NCBI GenBank assembly: GCA_024679065.1 | Contig: JAGIQG010000011.1 | Coordinates: 48,298,001 to 48,362,000 of the forward strand | Source of the DNA: Sphyrna mokarran | Taxonomy: Eukaryota | Length of the DNA: 64,000 nucleotides | Direction of reading: 5' to 3' | In this document: positions 49,501 to 60,889 of the stretch, piece by piece | How the letters are laid out: every line of letters starts with the position of its first letter | Position numbering within the stretch: the first letter of the stretch is position 1 | Notes under the pieces: model-generated | The model's input: only the letters and a program-made list of their open reading frames with translations | Database searches by the model: none | What the model was told of the DNA's origin: nothing | Translations under genes and position numbers: made by a program

Positions 49501-51871
49501 CGTGTACTGTTTGCCATTAGGGATGCACTTAATAGTAAACTAAATTCAGTCCATCTGAATTGATTTTTGATCATGAGATAAGAGGACCACTGAAATTGAT
49601 TAAGGACTTCGGCCCACCTTGTTATCCAACAAGGGGCATACAAGCAATGGGTCGTGAGAAGGTTGCTCTTAGATTTTTTGAGAGTAGCCTATTGCTTCAC
49701 GTCGTCAGTGTACGCTTGAACTAGACCAGTTGATGGGCAACACGACAGCTCAGTGACTGTTGCTGTGCAGATACATGAATTTGGGCCGATATCTGTGGGA
49801 GTTTGCGCATTCTCCCCATGCTTGCTGGGTTTTCTCCAGGTGCTCCGGTTTCCTCCCACACCCCAAAAATTTGCTCTTAGGCTGATTAGCAAAACAAATT
49901 CTCCCTAAATTGTCTCGTTAATTTTGTTCCAATGCAGGTTTCTATAATAGACAGGGGTCATGGGTGGAAGTGGGAATGTTGAGGTGGCGGCGTGGGCTCA
50001 TTGGACTGAAGAGCCTGTTTCCTGTGCTGTGTTGTTCTTTGAGAAATTGGTGAGTGAGTGTTCTGAAACAACATTATTAGATTACATGTCAAATTTTAGG
50101 GAAAAATTAAATAGAGCAGGTAAATTGGCTAGACAACATTTAAAAGTAGCACAGCCAGTGATGGAACAGCAAGCAAACAAGGAATCAAAAATTCATAGTT
50201 TTGCTAGTGGGGACAAAGTCTTAGTACTGTCGCCAGTGGTAAGTTAACCTTTGAAAGCAAATTTTAGTGGGCCTTATCAAATCAAAAGGAAATTAAGTGA
50301 GGTAAATTATTTGGTAAGAATGCCAGATATAAGGAAAACTTAGTGTGCCATGTGAATATGCTTAAAAGGTATTTTGACAGGGAAGTAGAACAAAAAAATG
50401 ATGTGTTAATAGTTATAACTCAGAATGAAGAACTGAATCCAGATGACTCTGAATTTGACATTTCTCAAGTTAAATTAGATAATAAATACATTATTAAAAA
50501 TTGGGAAATATTACTGAGTTAACTTCCAGATGAAAAACAAATTCACCTAAGAGTTATTAAAATCACATGAATAAGTATATGGAAGTAAACTGGGATGTAC
50601 TAGAATGGTTATTCATGATGTAGATGTGGGAAATGCTGTTCCAATTAAATAACATCCTTATAGACTTAACTTTGTAAAATTGGCACAAATTCAAAAGGAA
50701 ATTGGAAGTATCCTTAATAACATAATTTAAGTGAGTTGCAGTGAGTGGTGCTCATTCATAATAATAGTACCAAAATCAGATGGTACCTAACGATTGTGTG
50801 TGGACTATAGGAAAGTTAATGCAGTTACAAAATCAGACTCTTATCCTATTCTATGGCTGGAGACTTGCATTGAGACGGTGGGTCAATCAACTTTTATTTC
50901 CAAACTGGATTTACTCAAAGGTTACTGGCAAGTATCTTTATCTGAAAGGGTGTAGGAGACTTTTAACTTCCATGGCACCAAATGGTTTATACCAATTCAA
51001 AGTTATGCCATTTGGCATGCCAAACACCTCAGCCACATTTCAACGGTTAACTAAGAAAGTCATTTCAGGACTACCTAATTATGGTGTACATAGACGATCT
51101 GGTGATTTTTAATCAGACATGGAAAGAACAATTGAAGCATTTGGCAGAATAATTCAATCAACTTCAGGAGGCAGGCTTGATGGTAAACCTAGCTATGAGT
51201 GAGTTTGGGAAAGTTGAAGTTACATTCCTTGGCCATACAATTGGACATGGACAGGTGGCCCTGTGGGATGTGAAAACAAAAGTTATTGGGAGGTTCCCAA
51301 TACTACTGACAAGGGAAATAATGAGATTTCTGGGCCTGAGTGGTTTTCACAGTAAATTTGTACAGTTTAGTTTTCAGTTTTTGCAGGCACCTCAAGCAAG
51401 AAAGGAGCTGCAGTAGACTCTCTCTCTCTGTCTCCCTGTTCTATTTGGAGATTCTGCTGGTTATCTCAAGGCAATATTTTGCCTTCTGGAAGGAAAGTGC
51501 TGGCTTTGAAAAGACTCAATAGCAGTCAACTGAGATTTTAATCTATGCTGTGTTAAGCCTGTGAAAAGGGTTTTGTTTGAGAGGTTTTGGTTTATTGGAA
51601 CAGCTTTAATATTCAATTAAAGGTTAATACATTATTGAGGTTGTTTCCATTCTTTTTTGCTTATAATTGGTACAAGGTATTGTTAATTTTCTTTCTATAT
51701 GTGTTAACTATATCCTTAAATAAAATTTTTTTGATAAAAACTCTCTAGAGAGTTGTTGAATTATACCTGAAATAAAACACATCATGTTCATCCTGGCCAA
51801 ATTCAAGATGCAAAACTTATGGTTTGGGCGGTCTCCATTAAGTACATTGGAGTTTTAACTGAACCATAATA
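46534..51871 (+). mobile_element. Decayed Gmr1-like Gypsy LTR element (PR-IN-RT order), internally deleted at the 3' end
   Basis: LTR copies ~46630-47130 and ~51361-51871; ILRDRGASQSL (PR); GGHLGVRKT..HFYW..CQV, IDCVG, TAYHPES (IN, 48850-49600); YRKVNAVT, KLDLLKGYWQV, FKVMPFGM, YIDDL (RT, 50780-51350). Confidence 0.9.
49607..50040 (+). mobile_element. Stand-alone copy of the long CR1 3' UTR module (V-domain plus CR1 tail) inserted in Gmr1 pol
   Basis: Colinear with 54228-54673; removing it restores ttaagga|gaaattgg (LIKEKL). Confidence 0.9.
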
Positions 51872-52338
51872 CTCAGGACATCCCAAAGCACTTTATATCT
51901 AATTAAGTACTTTAAGTGTAGCCGCTGTTGTAATGTAGGGAGTGCAATTTGGACACAATAAGGTACTACAAAAACAGCATTGTGATAATCTATTTCATTA
52001 ATATTAATTAGCCTCTCACATCTGCTTTCAGGAAAGATCCCACAATTCAATTACCTTTCAAGGCAAGTGTAATACTATCCTTTAAATAAGGATATCATGG
52101 GTAATTTTATGAGTTGACATTATTGATGCAGAACTTCTTATGCCAGAAGAATATATTGGGCAGGCAAACCTTCACTCTAATTTTCTGTCTGTTCAAATAA
52201 TTCATAGTTATTCCTTAGCTTATTCCTAAAACAGGAAGACCTAAAGGAAGAATTTTAAAGTTACAACATTAGAATAGATTTATATTAGAATGCAAACTAC
52301 TTGCAAGTGAAAAACAAGACTTTGTTTTTTATTCACAG

Positions 52339-52508
52339 AACATTACAAACGCCATGAAGTATGCCTTTGAAATTTTAAGCTCGAGTGAAGATGGTGGTCG
52401 AATCCCTTACACTACATTTAGATTCCTCTATAGTTACCTTGCCATGATAGATGGTGAAATCCATCGATCACAGATTGAGAAAATGCTAAACAACATTGAG
52501 CGGCAAGT
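52339..52508 (+). CDS. ROPN1: Ropporin-1 coding exon 4, NITNAMKYAFEILSSSEDGGRIPYTTFRFLYSYLAMIDGEIHRSQIEKMLNNIERQ(V)
   Basis: ttttattcacag| acceptor, GT|gtaagt donor (phase 2). RIP..TF.FLY.Y.A..DGEI motif. Confidence 0.94.
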
Positions 52509-53154
52509 GTAAGTATATTATGCTATGAATGACATAAATATATGTCGAATGAGATAGATGACATACTTAGAAGGGTTGCTTTTTTTCTTTAAACCTCTAT
52601 TCATCCTTGAATAAAGTAATAAATTCAGTTAATGTGTGAGTTGCAGAAAGCAAAAACAGGAATAACTTTATAAGATGCTTTGATGTCAGTAAAGTTACAC
52701 TTCACTTTCAGCACATCATACCATTTATTGATGTTCTCTTATTTTTAACATGAAAAACAAATGGTTCTCTGAAGTTGGAATAATAGTCAGTTTAGATTGT
52801 GCTTTTTGGCTGTCTGGGAGAGATACCAGCTGAAGAAAGTTATCTAGTAAATGCTCAAGAAGTCCACTGGAAGAAAACTTATAAATTGAGCTAACTACGC
52901 AAGAAGCCTTGGTGTTGAGAAAGTGATAAATCTTCCCTGGAATTTTATGTCTGTAAAAATTGCTGGGATAAAAGGAATAGTGTGAGTCAGAACATGAATC
53001 TGGTAACTTTTTGTCTAATGTAATGTATTAGATTTTTCTTGTTTGATAAACATTTTATTCATTGTGTTAAAAGTTAACTGACAGACTCTTGTGAAGTGCT
53101 CAGTAATTGACCTCCCCGGTTTCTAAATAAAAACAAAGCCAGGATCTACCAAGC

Positions 53155-54673
53155 CAGGTAAATAACTGGCTTGGTAATAGGAGACAGTGAGTAATAGTGG
53201 AAGGGTGTTTCTCTAGCTGGAGGTCGGTCACTAGTGGTGTGCCGCAGGGCTCGGTACTGGGACCTCTTCTATTCGTAATATATATAAATGATTTGGAAGA
53301 GGGAGTAAGTGGAGTGATCAGCAAGTTTGCAGACGATACAAAGATGGCTGGACTTGCGGATAGTGAGGAGCATTGTCAGGCGATGCAGCAGGACATAGAT
53401 AGGATGGTAGCTTGGGCAGACAGATGGCAGATGGAATTCAATCCTGATAAATGTGAGGTGATGCATTTCGGGAGAAAGATGTAGGGGGGGGAGGTATATG
53501 ATAAAGGGTAGACCTATTAAAAGTATAGAAACGCAGAGGGACCTAGGGGTGCAGGTGAACAAGTCTCTGAAGGTGGCAGAGCAAGTGGAGAAGGTTGTGA
53601 AGAAAGCATATAGTATGCTAGCCTTTATAGGAAGGGGTATAGAGTACAAGAGCTGGCCTTTAATTTTGCAGTTGTATAAAACACTGGTTAGACCTCATTT
53701 GGAATACTGCGTCCAGTTCTGGTCGCCTTACTACCGGAAAGACGTGGAGACTCTGGAGAGAGTGCAGAGGAGGTTTACCAGGATGCTGCCTGGTATGGAA
53801 GGTCGGAGTTACGAGGAGAGATTAGGCAAATTGGGACTGTTTTCCTTAGAAAGACGTAGACTTAGAGGAGATCTGATAGAGGTGTACAAGATTTTGAAGG
53901 GATAGATAGAGTAAACAGGGTTAAGCTTTTTCCTAGGATGGACTCTAATAGCACGAGGGGTCACGGGCTTAGGGTGAGGAGGGTAAGGTATAATTTGGAT
54001 GCTAGAGGGAGTTTTTTCTCACAGAGGGTGGTGGGGGTATGGAATGCGCTGCCAAGTAAAGTGGTGGAGGCAGGTACTCTGGAGTTATTTAAGAAATACT
54101 TAGATGGGCACATGAACAGAATGGGAATGGAGAGGTATAGAAAACTGATTTAAAATAGGGATCACAAGCCTTGGGAAGTGTGTAAATAGATGATGATATT
54201 GATGTACTCGTTTTTATCCTACAGGTGCTTTGGTCCACCTTGTTGTCTAACGAGGGGCATACATGCAATGGGTTGTGAGAGGGCTGCTCTTGGATCTTTT
54301 TTGAGAGTATCCTAGTGCTTCACGTCGTTAGTGTACGCTTGACCTGGACCATTTGATGGGTAACACGACAGCTCAGTGACTATAGCTGTGCTGTGCAGAT
54401 ACATGGATTTGGGCCTGTGTCTGTGGGAGTTTGCGCATTCTCCCCGTGCTTGCGTGGGTTTTCTCCGGGTGCTCCGGTTTCCTCCCACATCCCCAAGATG
54501 TGCTCTTAGGCTAATTGGCAAAACAAATTCTCCCTAAATTGTCTCAAATTTGGTTTTTAATCCATAGATCTATAAACATGGACAGGGATCGTGGGTAGAG
54601 GTGGGAACATCGGGGTGACGGCACGAGCTCGTTGGGCCGAAGGGCATGTTTCCCATGCTGTTTTGTTCTTTGT
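53155..54673 (+). mobile_element. 5'-truncated CR1 LINE with long composite 3' UTR, in ROPN1 intron 4
   Basis: RT motifs as in the 7438 copy, frameshifts near 53480 and 53900, (TGTTCTT) tail. Confidence 0.95.
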
Positions 54674-55066
54674 TTCACACTGGATTTGACTTGTCCAGTA
54701 TTAACATATATTGTGAACATAACAGCAGCACGCTGTTACTGAAATGTGCTTAGCACAAGTATGCCGGAAAAACAAGAGTGAGCAGATCATAATGTCAAAC
54801 AATGTCTAATGCTAATTTGGCACCTCGACTGCTTTATTTGGGCACTCTCCTCTACTAACCAGTTGCAGATGAACATGAATACAAGGGAGTATCACTTTCT
54901 CCATCTGAAAGTTCATCATTCATATACAGCTGAAGTAGTTTTGACTTTCTTGTGGTGTTGCTGAATTATGAAAGTACTGTTACTGGAATGAGTAGTGTCA
55001 GACCTTTCAAAGAAGTCTGCTGAGTTTTGGAGGCCAGTCAGGAGAAAGTATATTTTTATTACACTA

Positions 55067-56750
55067 TAAGAGCATAAGAAATAAACGCAGGAATAGGCCA
55101 TTTAGCCCTTCGAGCCTACTCTGCCAGTGAGATCATGGCTGATCTTCTATACCATTTACCTGCACTATCCCCATAGACCTTGATGTCTTTAACTATGTAG
55201 AAATTGATCAATCTCAGTCCTGAACTTATTCAATGACTAAGCTTCCACAGCCCTCTGTGGCAGAGAATTCCAAAGAATCATCATTCTCTTCGTGAAGAAA
55301 TTCTTCCTAACCTCAATCTTAAATGCTTGTCCCTGATTCTTAGACTGTTATCTGGTTCTGGAACTCCGAGCATAAGGCAACATCCTTCCTGCACTTACCC
55401 AATTGAGCCCTGTAATAATTTTGCATGTTTGATTAAGATCACCTCAGCAACTTTCTTCTAAACTCCAGAGAATGGAGGCTGAGTCTATTAAATCATTCTT
55501 CATAAGACAATTCCTTGATCTCAGGAATTTGTATGTTGAATCTTCTTTGCACTCCCACAATGGCAAATATATCTTTCCTTAGGCATTACGTCTAAAATTG
55601 CACATAATACTCTAGGCATGATCTCAACAAGTTTATATGTAATTGCAGCAAGAAATATTTATTCTTATACTAAAATGCTCTTATAATAAATGCCAACATA
55701 CCATTTGCTGCCTTAACTGCTTGCTGGACTGCAAGTCAGCTTTCACTGACTCATAGACAAGAACACAATCTCTTTGAAGTTCAGCATTCCCTAATCGTTC
55801 ACCTTTCAAGAAATATCCTATTTCTGTTTTTCCTACCAAAGTGGATAACCTCCTATTTTCCTACATTGTATTCCACCTGCCAGATTTTTGTCCACTCATT
55901 TTGCCTCTCCAAATCCCCATGAAGTTTCCTTGTATAGTCCTGACAATTCACACTTGATTAGATGACACAAAACTCTTACATCCAAATTATTGACATAGAT
56001 TGTGAACAGTTAGGATTCAGGCACTGATCCTTATGGTACTTTACTAGCCATAGTCTGCCAACCTGAGAATGGCCCATATATTCCTATTCTATTTTCAATC
56101 AATGCTAATATATTTCCCACCCATCTCCCAATTCTCTGTGCCCTAATTGTGCTTACGTTGGATCTTTTCAAAAACTTCGTGAAATTCTAAATATACTGCA
56201 TCCAACAGTTCCTGCTTATCTTTTCTGCTAGTCACATCCTCAAAAATCTTAACAAATTTGCTAAACATGATTTCTGTTGCATAAATCCATTGTGACTCAG
56301 CCCAATACTATCATTATTTCCCAAGTATCCTATAGTTATATCCTTTATTATGGATTCAAGCATTTTTCCTACTTCTGATATCAAGCTAACAGGTTTGTAG
56401 TTCCTCGTTTTCTCTCTCCCTCATTTCTTTACCAAGTTTATCATCTTCTAATTTGCAGAAACCATTCCAGAATTTATAGAATTTTGAAAGATGACTACTA
56501 AAGCATCAACTTACAACCACCTCTTTCAACACCCAGGGTGTGGATCAGGAGATTCAGGGAATTTAAGTCCCATTAATTTTTCTCTCAATTTTTACAAATA
56601 TTTATATCTAGCAGTTCTTCGTTTAAACTAGTCCCTGTGATTCCCATTATTTCTGAGAAGATTCTAACTTCTGTGAACACAGACACAAAGTATTTGATTA
56701 GTTTCTCTGCTATTTCCTTAATTCTCCTGACTGCTTGAAATGGACCCACA
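55067..56750 (-). mobile_element. Old decayed CR1 LINE
   Basis: Tail cataagagcataagaaata..ggccatttagcccttcgagcct; broken RT motifs on the minus strand. Confidence 0.8.
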
Positions 56751-56935
56751 CTAGTTTTGGATCCATTTAGTGGAAGGTTATAATTGCAATCCCTCTTGCA
56801 AATCACGCAGAGTGAGCAGAGGAAGAAAACTATGATCAGAAGGAGGAAGAGGAGGAAAAAGAGAGTTCTCATTGAAGAACCTATCCACTCCAGGTCTTTA
56901 GAGAACACATCTCCTACTTGCACCTCAGCTAGGAG

Positions 56936-57249
56936 CATAGAATAGAATCCTACTGAGCAGAAGGAGGCATTTGACCCAATAAATCTAGACTCTCAGACCT
57001 AGCATTCTAGCCAGGCCATATTTCCATAATCCTGCACATTTATCCCACCAATGCCCCTAAAAGACAATGTAGCGTAGCCAATCAACCTAACCTGCACCTC
57101 TTTGCAGTATGGGAGGGAACTGAAGCACTGAGGAAACCTACCCAGACACAGAGAACGTGCAAACTCCATACAGACAATCACCCAAGGCTGGAATCAAACC
57201 CAGGCCCTGAGGCTGTGAGGCAGCAGTGCCAACCACTGTGCCACTATGC
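56936..57249 (-). mobile_element. HE1-like V-SINE
   Basis: tRNA head, V domain and CR1-derived tail on the minus strand. Confidence 0.85.
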
Positions 57250-59170
57250 AATGCATGAAGTGCCCATATTTTACTAAGGCATGATAACTTAACAGTGTTA
57301 TCTATTGCAGCTGGACCTAAAACTGTACAGCAGGATTAGGAGGCATGCTAGTTTCTATGAAGACAACCATGTCTTCAACTTTTATATGTCAGAATCTTTC
57401 AAAGTGGGAGCAGTCAAATTTCCACGATTTCACAGTTCTCTATGCTGCACTGTATTAGGGAAGTGGTAGAGCCAACTTAAATGTCTTAATTTGTTATTAC
57501 CAGAGGACAAGATCAAACATAACAATGTAGAGCAGTAGAGAACTGGTTGTGCCAGGCATGTATGCAATGCCTGAGCCCTTGAAGGCAGTGCTTCACATCA
57601 TGGGGCTGACTATAACTGAGGCCTTTGTATGAGTCACTGAGAAGGTTCAGAATGATGCTATATCCTTGCCATATACACTTTCTGAAATCCTACTTCATCC
57701 TTTTCCCATTCTATGGCATGAAATACAAACTCTTGGTGCTGTGAGTATGTATCTCTTGCTTTCCACTTCAACCCTTCCCTCCTTTCCTCATCTTTGCACG
57801 AAACTTTGCTTAGCTAGTGGAATCCCCAATGATGCATAGTGCCATTGACTGCTGACACATGGTTCTGTGGATGGGATGAGCAAGGCTCACAGAAGGAATT
57901 CTCTGTTGGCCTCGAGTGGGATTTTACAAGCCTCGCCCAAATGAGGTCATAAAATTTTGGCCCACATTTCAATTGGTGGTGGGGTGAGGGTGGGTGGCGT
58001 GTACAATGGCGAGTAGTAGCAGTTAATGAAATGTAAATATATTAAAATATATCTAAATCAAGGTCATGCATTGATTATATCACTGAGTGCTGGCAGAAAT
58101 TGGAAGTTATGATCTTGCTGGTGAGATTTGAGACTTCTGGAGTTTCACTGGATCTTGTAGCCCTGCCATCATTCCCACGGATAGAGATTGCAGGCTGAAG
58201 ATCACTCCAAATGTTTGTGTCAAAAGTCTGATGTTGCTTTCACTGTTGATAGTGAGGCTGCATTGGCTAGCTAGGTAGCAAATCTGTGATATCTGAAAAC
58301 AAGCATACAAAAGGTGAGAAAAGGAGGGAAAGGATTGGAATGGAAAGCAAGAGGACATAGTCACACCACCAAGAGTTTGTATTTCATGCCATAGATTGGG
58401 AAAAGGATGAAGTGGGATTTCAGAAAGTGTATATGGCAGGGATATAGCATCATTCTGAACCTTCTCAATGACTCAGATACAAAGGCCTTAGTTATAGTCA
58501 GCCCCATGATGTGAAGCACTGCCTTGAAGGGCTCAGGCAATGCATACATGCCTAGCACAACCAGTTCTCTACTGCTCTACATTGTTATGTTTGATCTTGT
58601 CCTGGAAGAGAGACAAAAGAATGTCAGTGAGAATGTTTCATTTTGTTTGGGCAATATGCCAGTTTTAGCTGAATAGCTAATAGCTATGGATATTTGGAAA
58701 CTGCAAAAGATGGGTTACAGGCTGGCAATATTGGCAAGTGTGTGAAGATAGAATGGAACATTGGAATGTTAGACATGAATCTTGATAGCTGATGGATAAG
58801 TGATTGGATTTTGGTGCACGAAGCAACATGAAAGATGTGTTGTTGTGGTGGGTAGAAGATATTATTTGAAGATATATTCACTGATCTTGATCAACCCTGA
58901 GAAGTAATTGAAGTTTTCCTACAACTGGGCCAGATCCTTAAGCCAGACTCCAGTTTGGTCATCTACTCTATTCCCTTTGTAGTGTGTGCCTTCAAAGTCT
59001 CTTGGCACCCAATACAAACAAGGCCTCTCTTGTCCTTTACAGGTCCATTACTAAAGATTTCAGCATGCATCTGAAACCTGGGAAACTTCCCTTGGTTCCC
59101 TAACCAGTCTTCCAAGTTTGTTTCAGTACCTGCTATAGCCAGAGTGCATCTCCCCTTTAAGAGTAACTGA
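57250..59170. mobile_element. Decayed Harbinger relic (transposase piece +, Myb-like gene -)
   Basis: ~57378 NFYMSESFKV resembles LNFYASGSFQ; minus-strand cttccag|GACAAGATCAAACATAAC exon is homologous to the ~5134 exon. Confidence 0.55.
57504..58603. repeat. Inverted repeat, ~295 bp arms (57504-57796 / 58308-58603)
   Basis: Reverse-complement arms, roughly 90-95% identical by eye, more diverged at the inner ends. Confidence 0.93.
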
Positions 59171-59647
59171 CTGCCTTTAAGAAGTGGAGGTTAGCTGTAT
59201 ACTATGTTAACAATGCTTGATAATGAGGCCCTGCTGAGTGTGCAGATGGTCAGCATTGTGCTTTGTATTGTGCAATCATGTTGAGAAGGCAGCACAATAT
59301 TTCCATGCTACTTGCCTCTGCTGGACAGGATGTGGGGTAATTGCACATAGCGTCCATGTCCATTGTCAGGCCTAAACAAATGTATCACTTGATAGATTGA
59401 TTTGAATTATTTGGCTGATCATATATGCATAACTGGAATTTTATTCCAAAAAAAATATTTTTTTAATTATTTAAAATAATTAAACAAAATAATAAATAAG
59501 TTCAAAGTCTCCAATTATCAAAATTTGTCTCTCAATAAGAGAAAGGTCTGAAGAAATAATCAAAACTTTTGCTTATAATTTAAAAAAAAAAGAAATTACA
59601 AAGTAATGTTGATTTCACCTTTATGTCTTTTTTTTGTGACCTCACAG

Positions 59648-59696
59648 TGCTGAAAATGATGGACTTGTCAGAGTGAGTGATTTCACCAACTGCTGA
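59648..59696 (+). CDS. ROPN1: Ropporin-1 last coding exon, AENDGLVRVSDFTNC*
   Basis: T-rich tract plus ctcacag| acceptor; phase 2 gives DG.V.V.DFT as in the ROPN1 C-terminus. Total CDS 618 nt = 205 aa + stop. Confidence 0.9.
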
Positions 59697-59706
59697 TTGC
59701 ACAAGT

Positions 59707-59840
59707 AATAAATCATCTTGCAATTTCTGGAAGTTGAAGGTTGCTTAATAGGTGAAATTCATTTCATCTTTGGAACGCATACCTCTCAGTAATGGAGTTA
59801 CTGTGTCAGTACTGCTTCTTAAGTTGCATAGATCAATAAA
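59707..59840 (+). terminator. Candidate ROPN1 polyadenylation signals
   Basis: AATAAA at 59707-59712 and 59835-59840 downstream of the stop codon. Confidence 0.5.
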
Positions 59841-60889
59841 CCTCTTAATCTAGTGAGGCCATGCACTTTCAGAGGTCTGTGTTTATGTATCAATAAGATG
59901 TTTTAGGAGCTCTTAACACTCAGTGATTCACAGATTTATTCATTTTCTTATCAAAATAATAACACTGCAGTGGCAGGAATATTCATCAAATCCAACATCA
60001 ATTAATGTTTTATTATATTAATTTCAAATTATACAAATAACTTTGTTTTAAATTCGCAAGTAATGACAGATTTTCTATAAATGTACTAAGTGTATTATGT
60101 GATGGTAAATTCAAAATACCAAAGTCAGCAGTTCATCTACTTACTGCCCAAAATCTCCAAATATTTTCTCATCCAAAAAGTATCAAATATATTTTTCATC
60201 TCATTCACCTCAAATTGCATTCCAAGGAACACTTCTATAAATTTTGTTCATTTCTCTCAGAAAAGAAAAGTAGAACCATTTGGGAAGAGGTTAAATATAT
60301 TTCAGAGTTGAGAAAAATGAATATAAAGAAATGTTGCAGTTAATTGTAATGCTATAAATCACACTAAAAGTAAAATTAAAATGTTTAAAAATAGCATTAA
60401 TCACTCGGAAAGAATGAAAAGCTAAGTGAGATTTTCTTCCTGGGGTTTACACAACAATAATATTTCTTCAGCAAGAAAATGAAAGCTAATTATTGAAACA
60501 AGTTCCCTGGAACAAATCTTTTGCTCAACAAAGCAGAAATTCAAAAAATGCAATTAAGACAGTATTTCTCTAAAGTTGGCCATGTCATAGTGCAAATACA
60601 GCGATGGCTACATTACAAAATTAACAGACAGAAACATCTCTGGGACACAAAACACATTGATGCTAATCAGAAAATCCACCAAATTTAAAGCCTTCCAGAC
60701 TCTTCCCCTCAACTTCTCTTCCCAATTCTTATAAAGCCCAGGCTAATATTTAGATGAATGTCAAGGTGTTTATGCAATAAATTGTTTAATGCTCAGCTTG
60801 TATTGCAATGCATATTTGTGGTATCAGAAATGTCCCTCCAGAGCCATTCTTCTCAGAACAGAGCATCCCTTCACATATGGCACTAGAGG

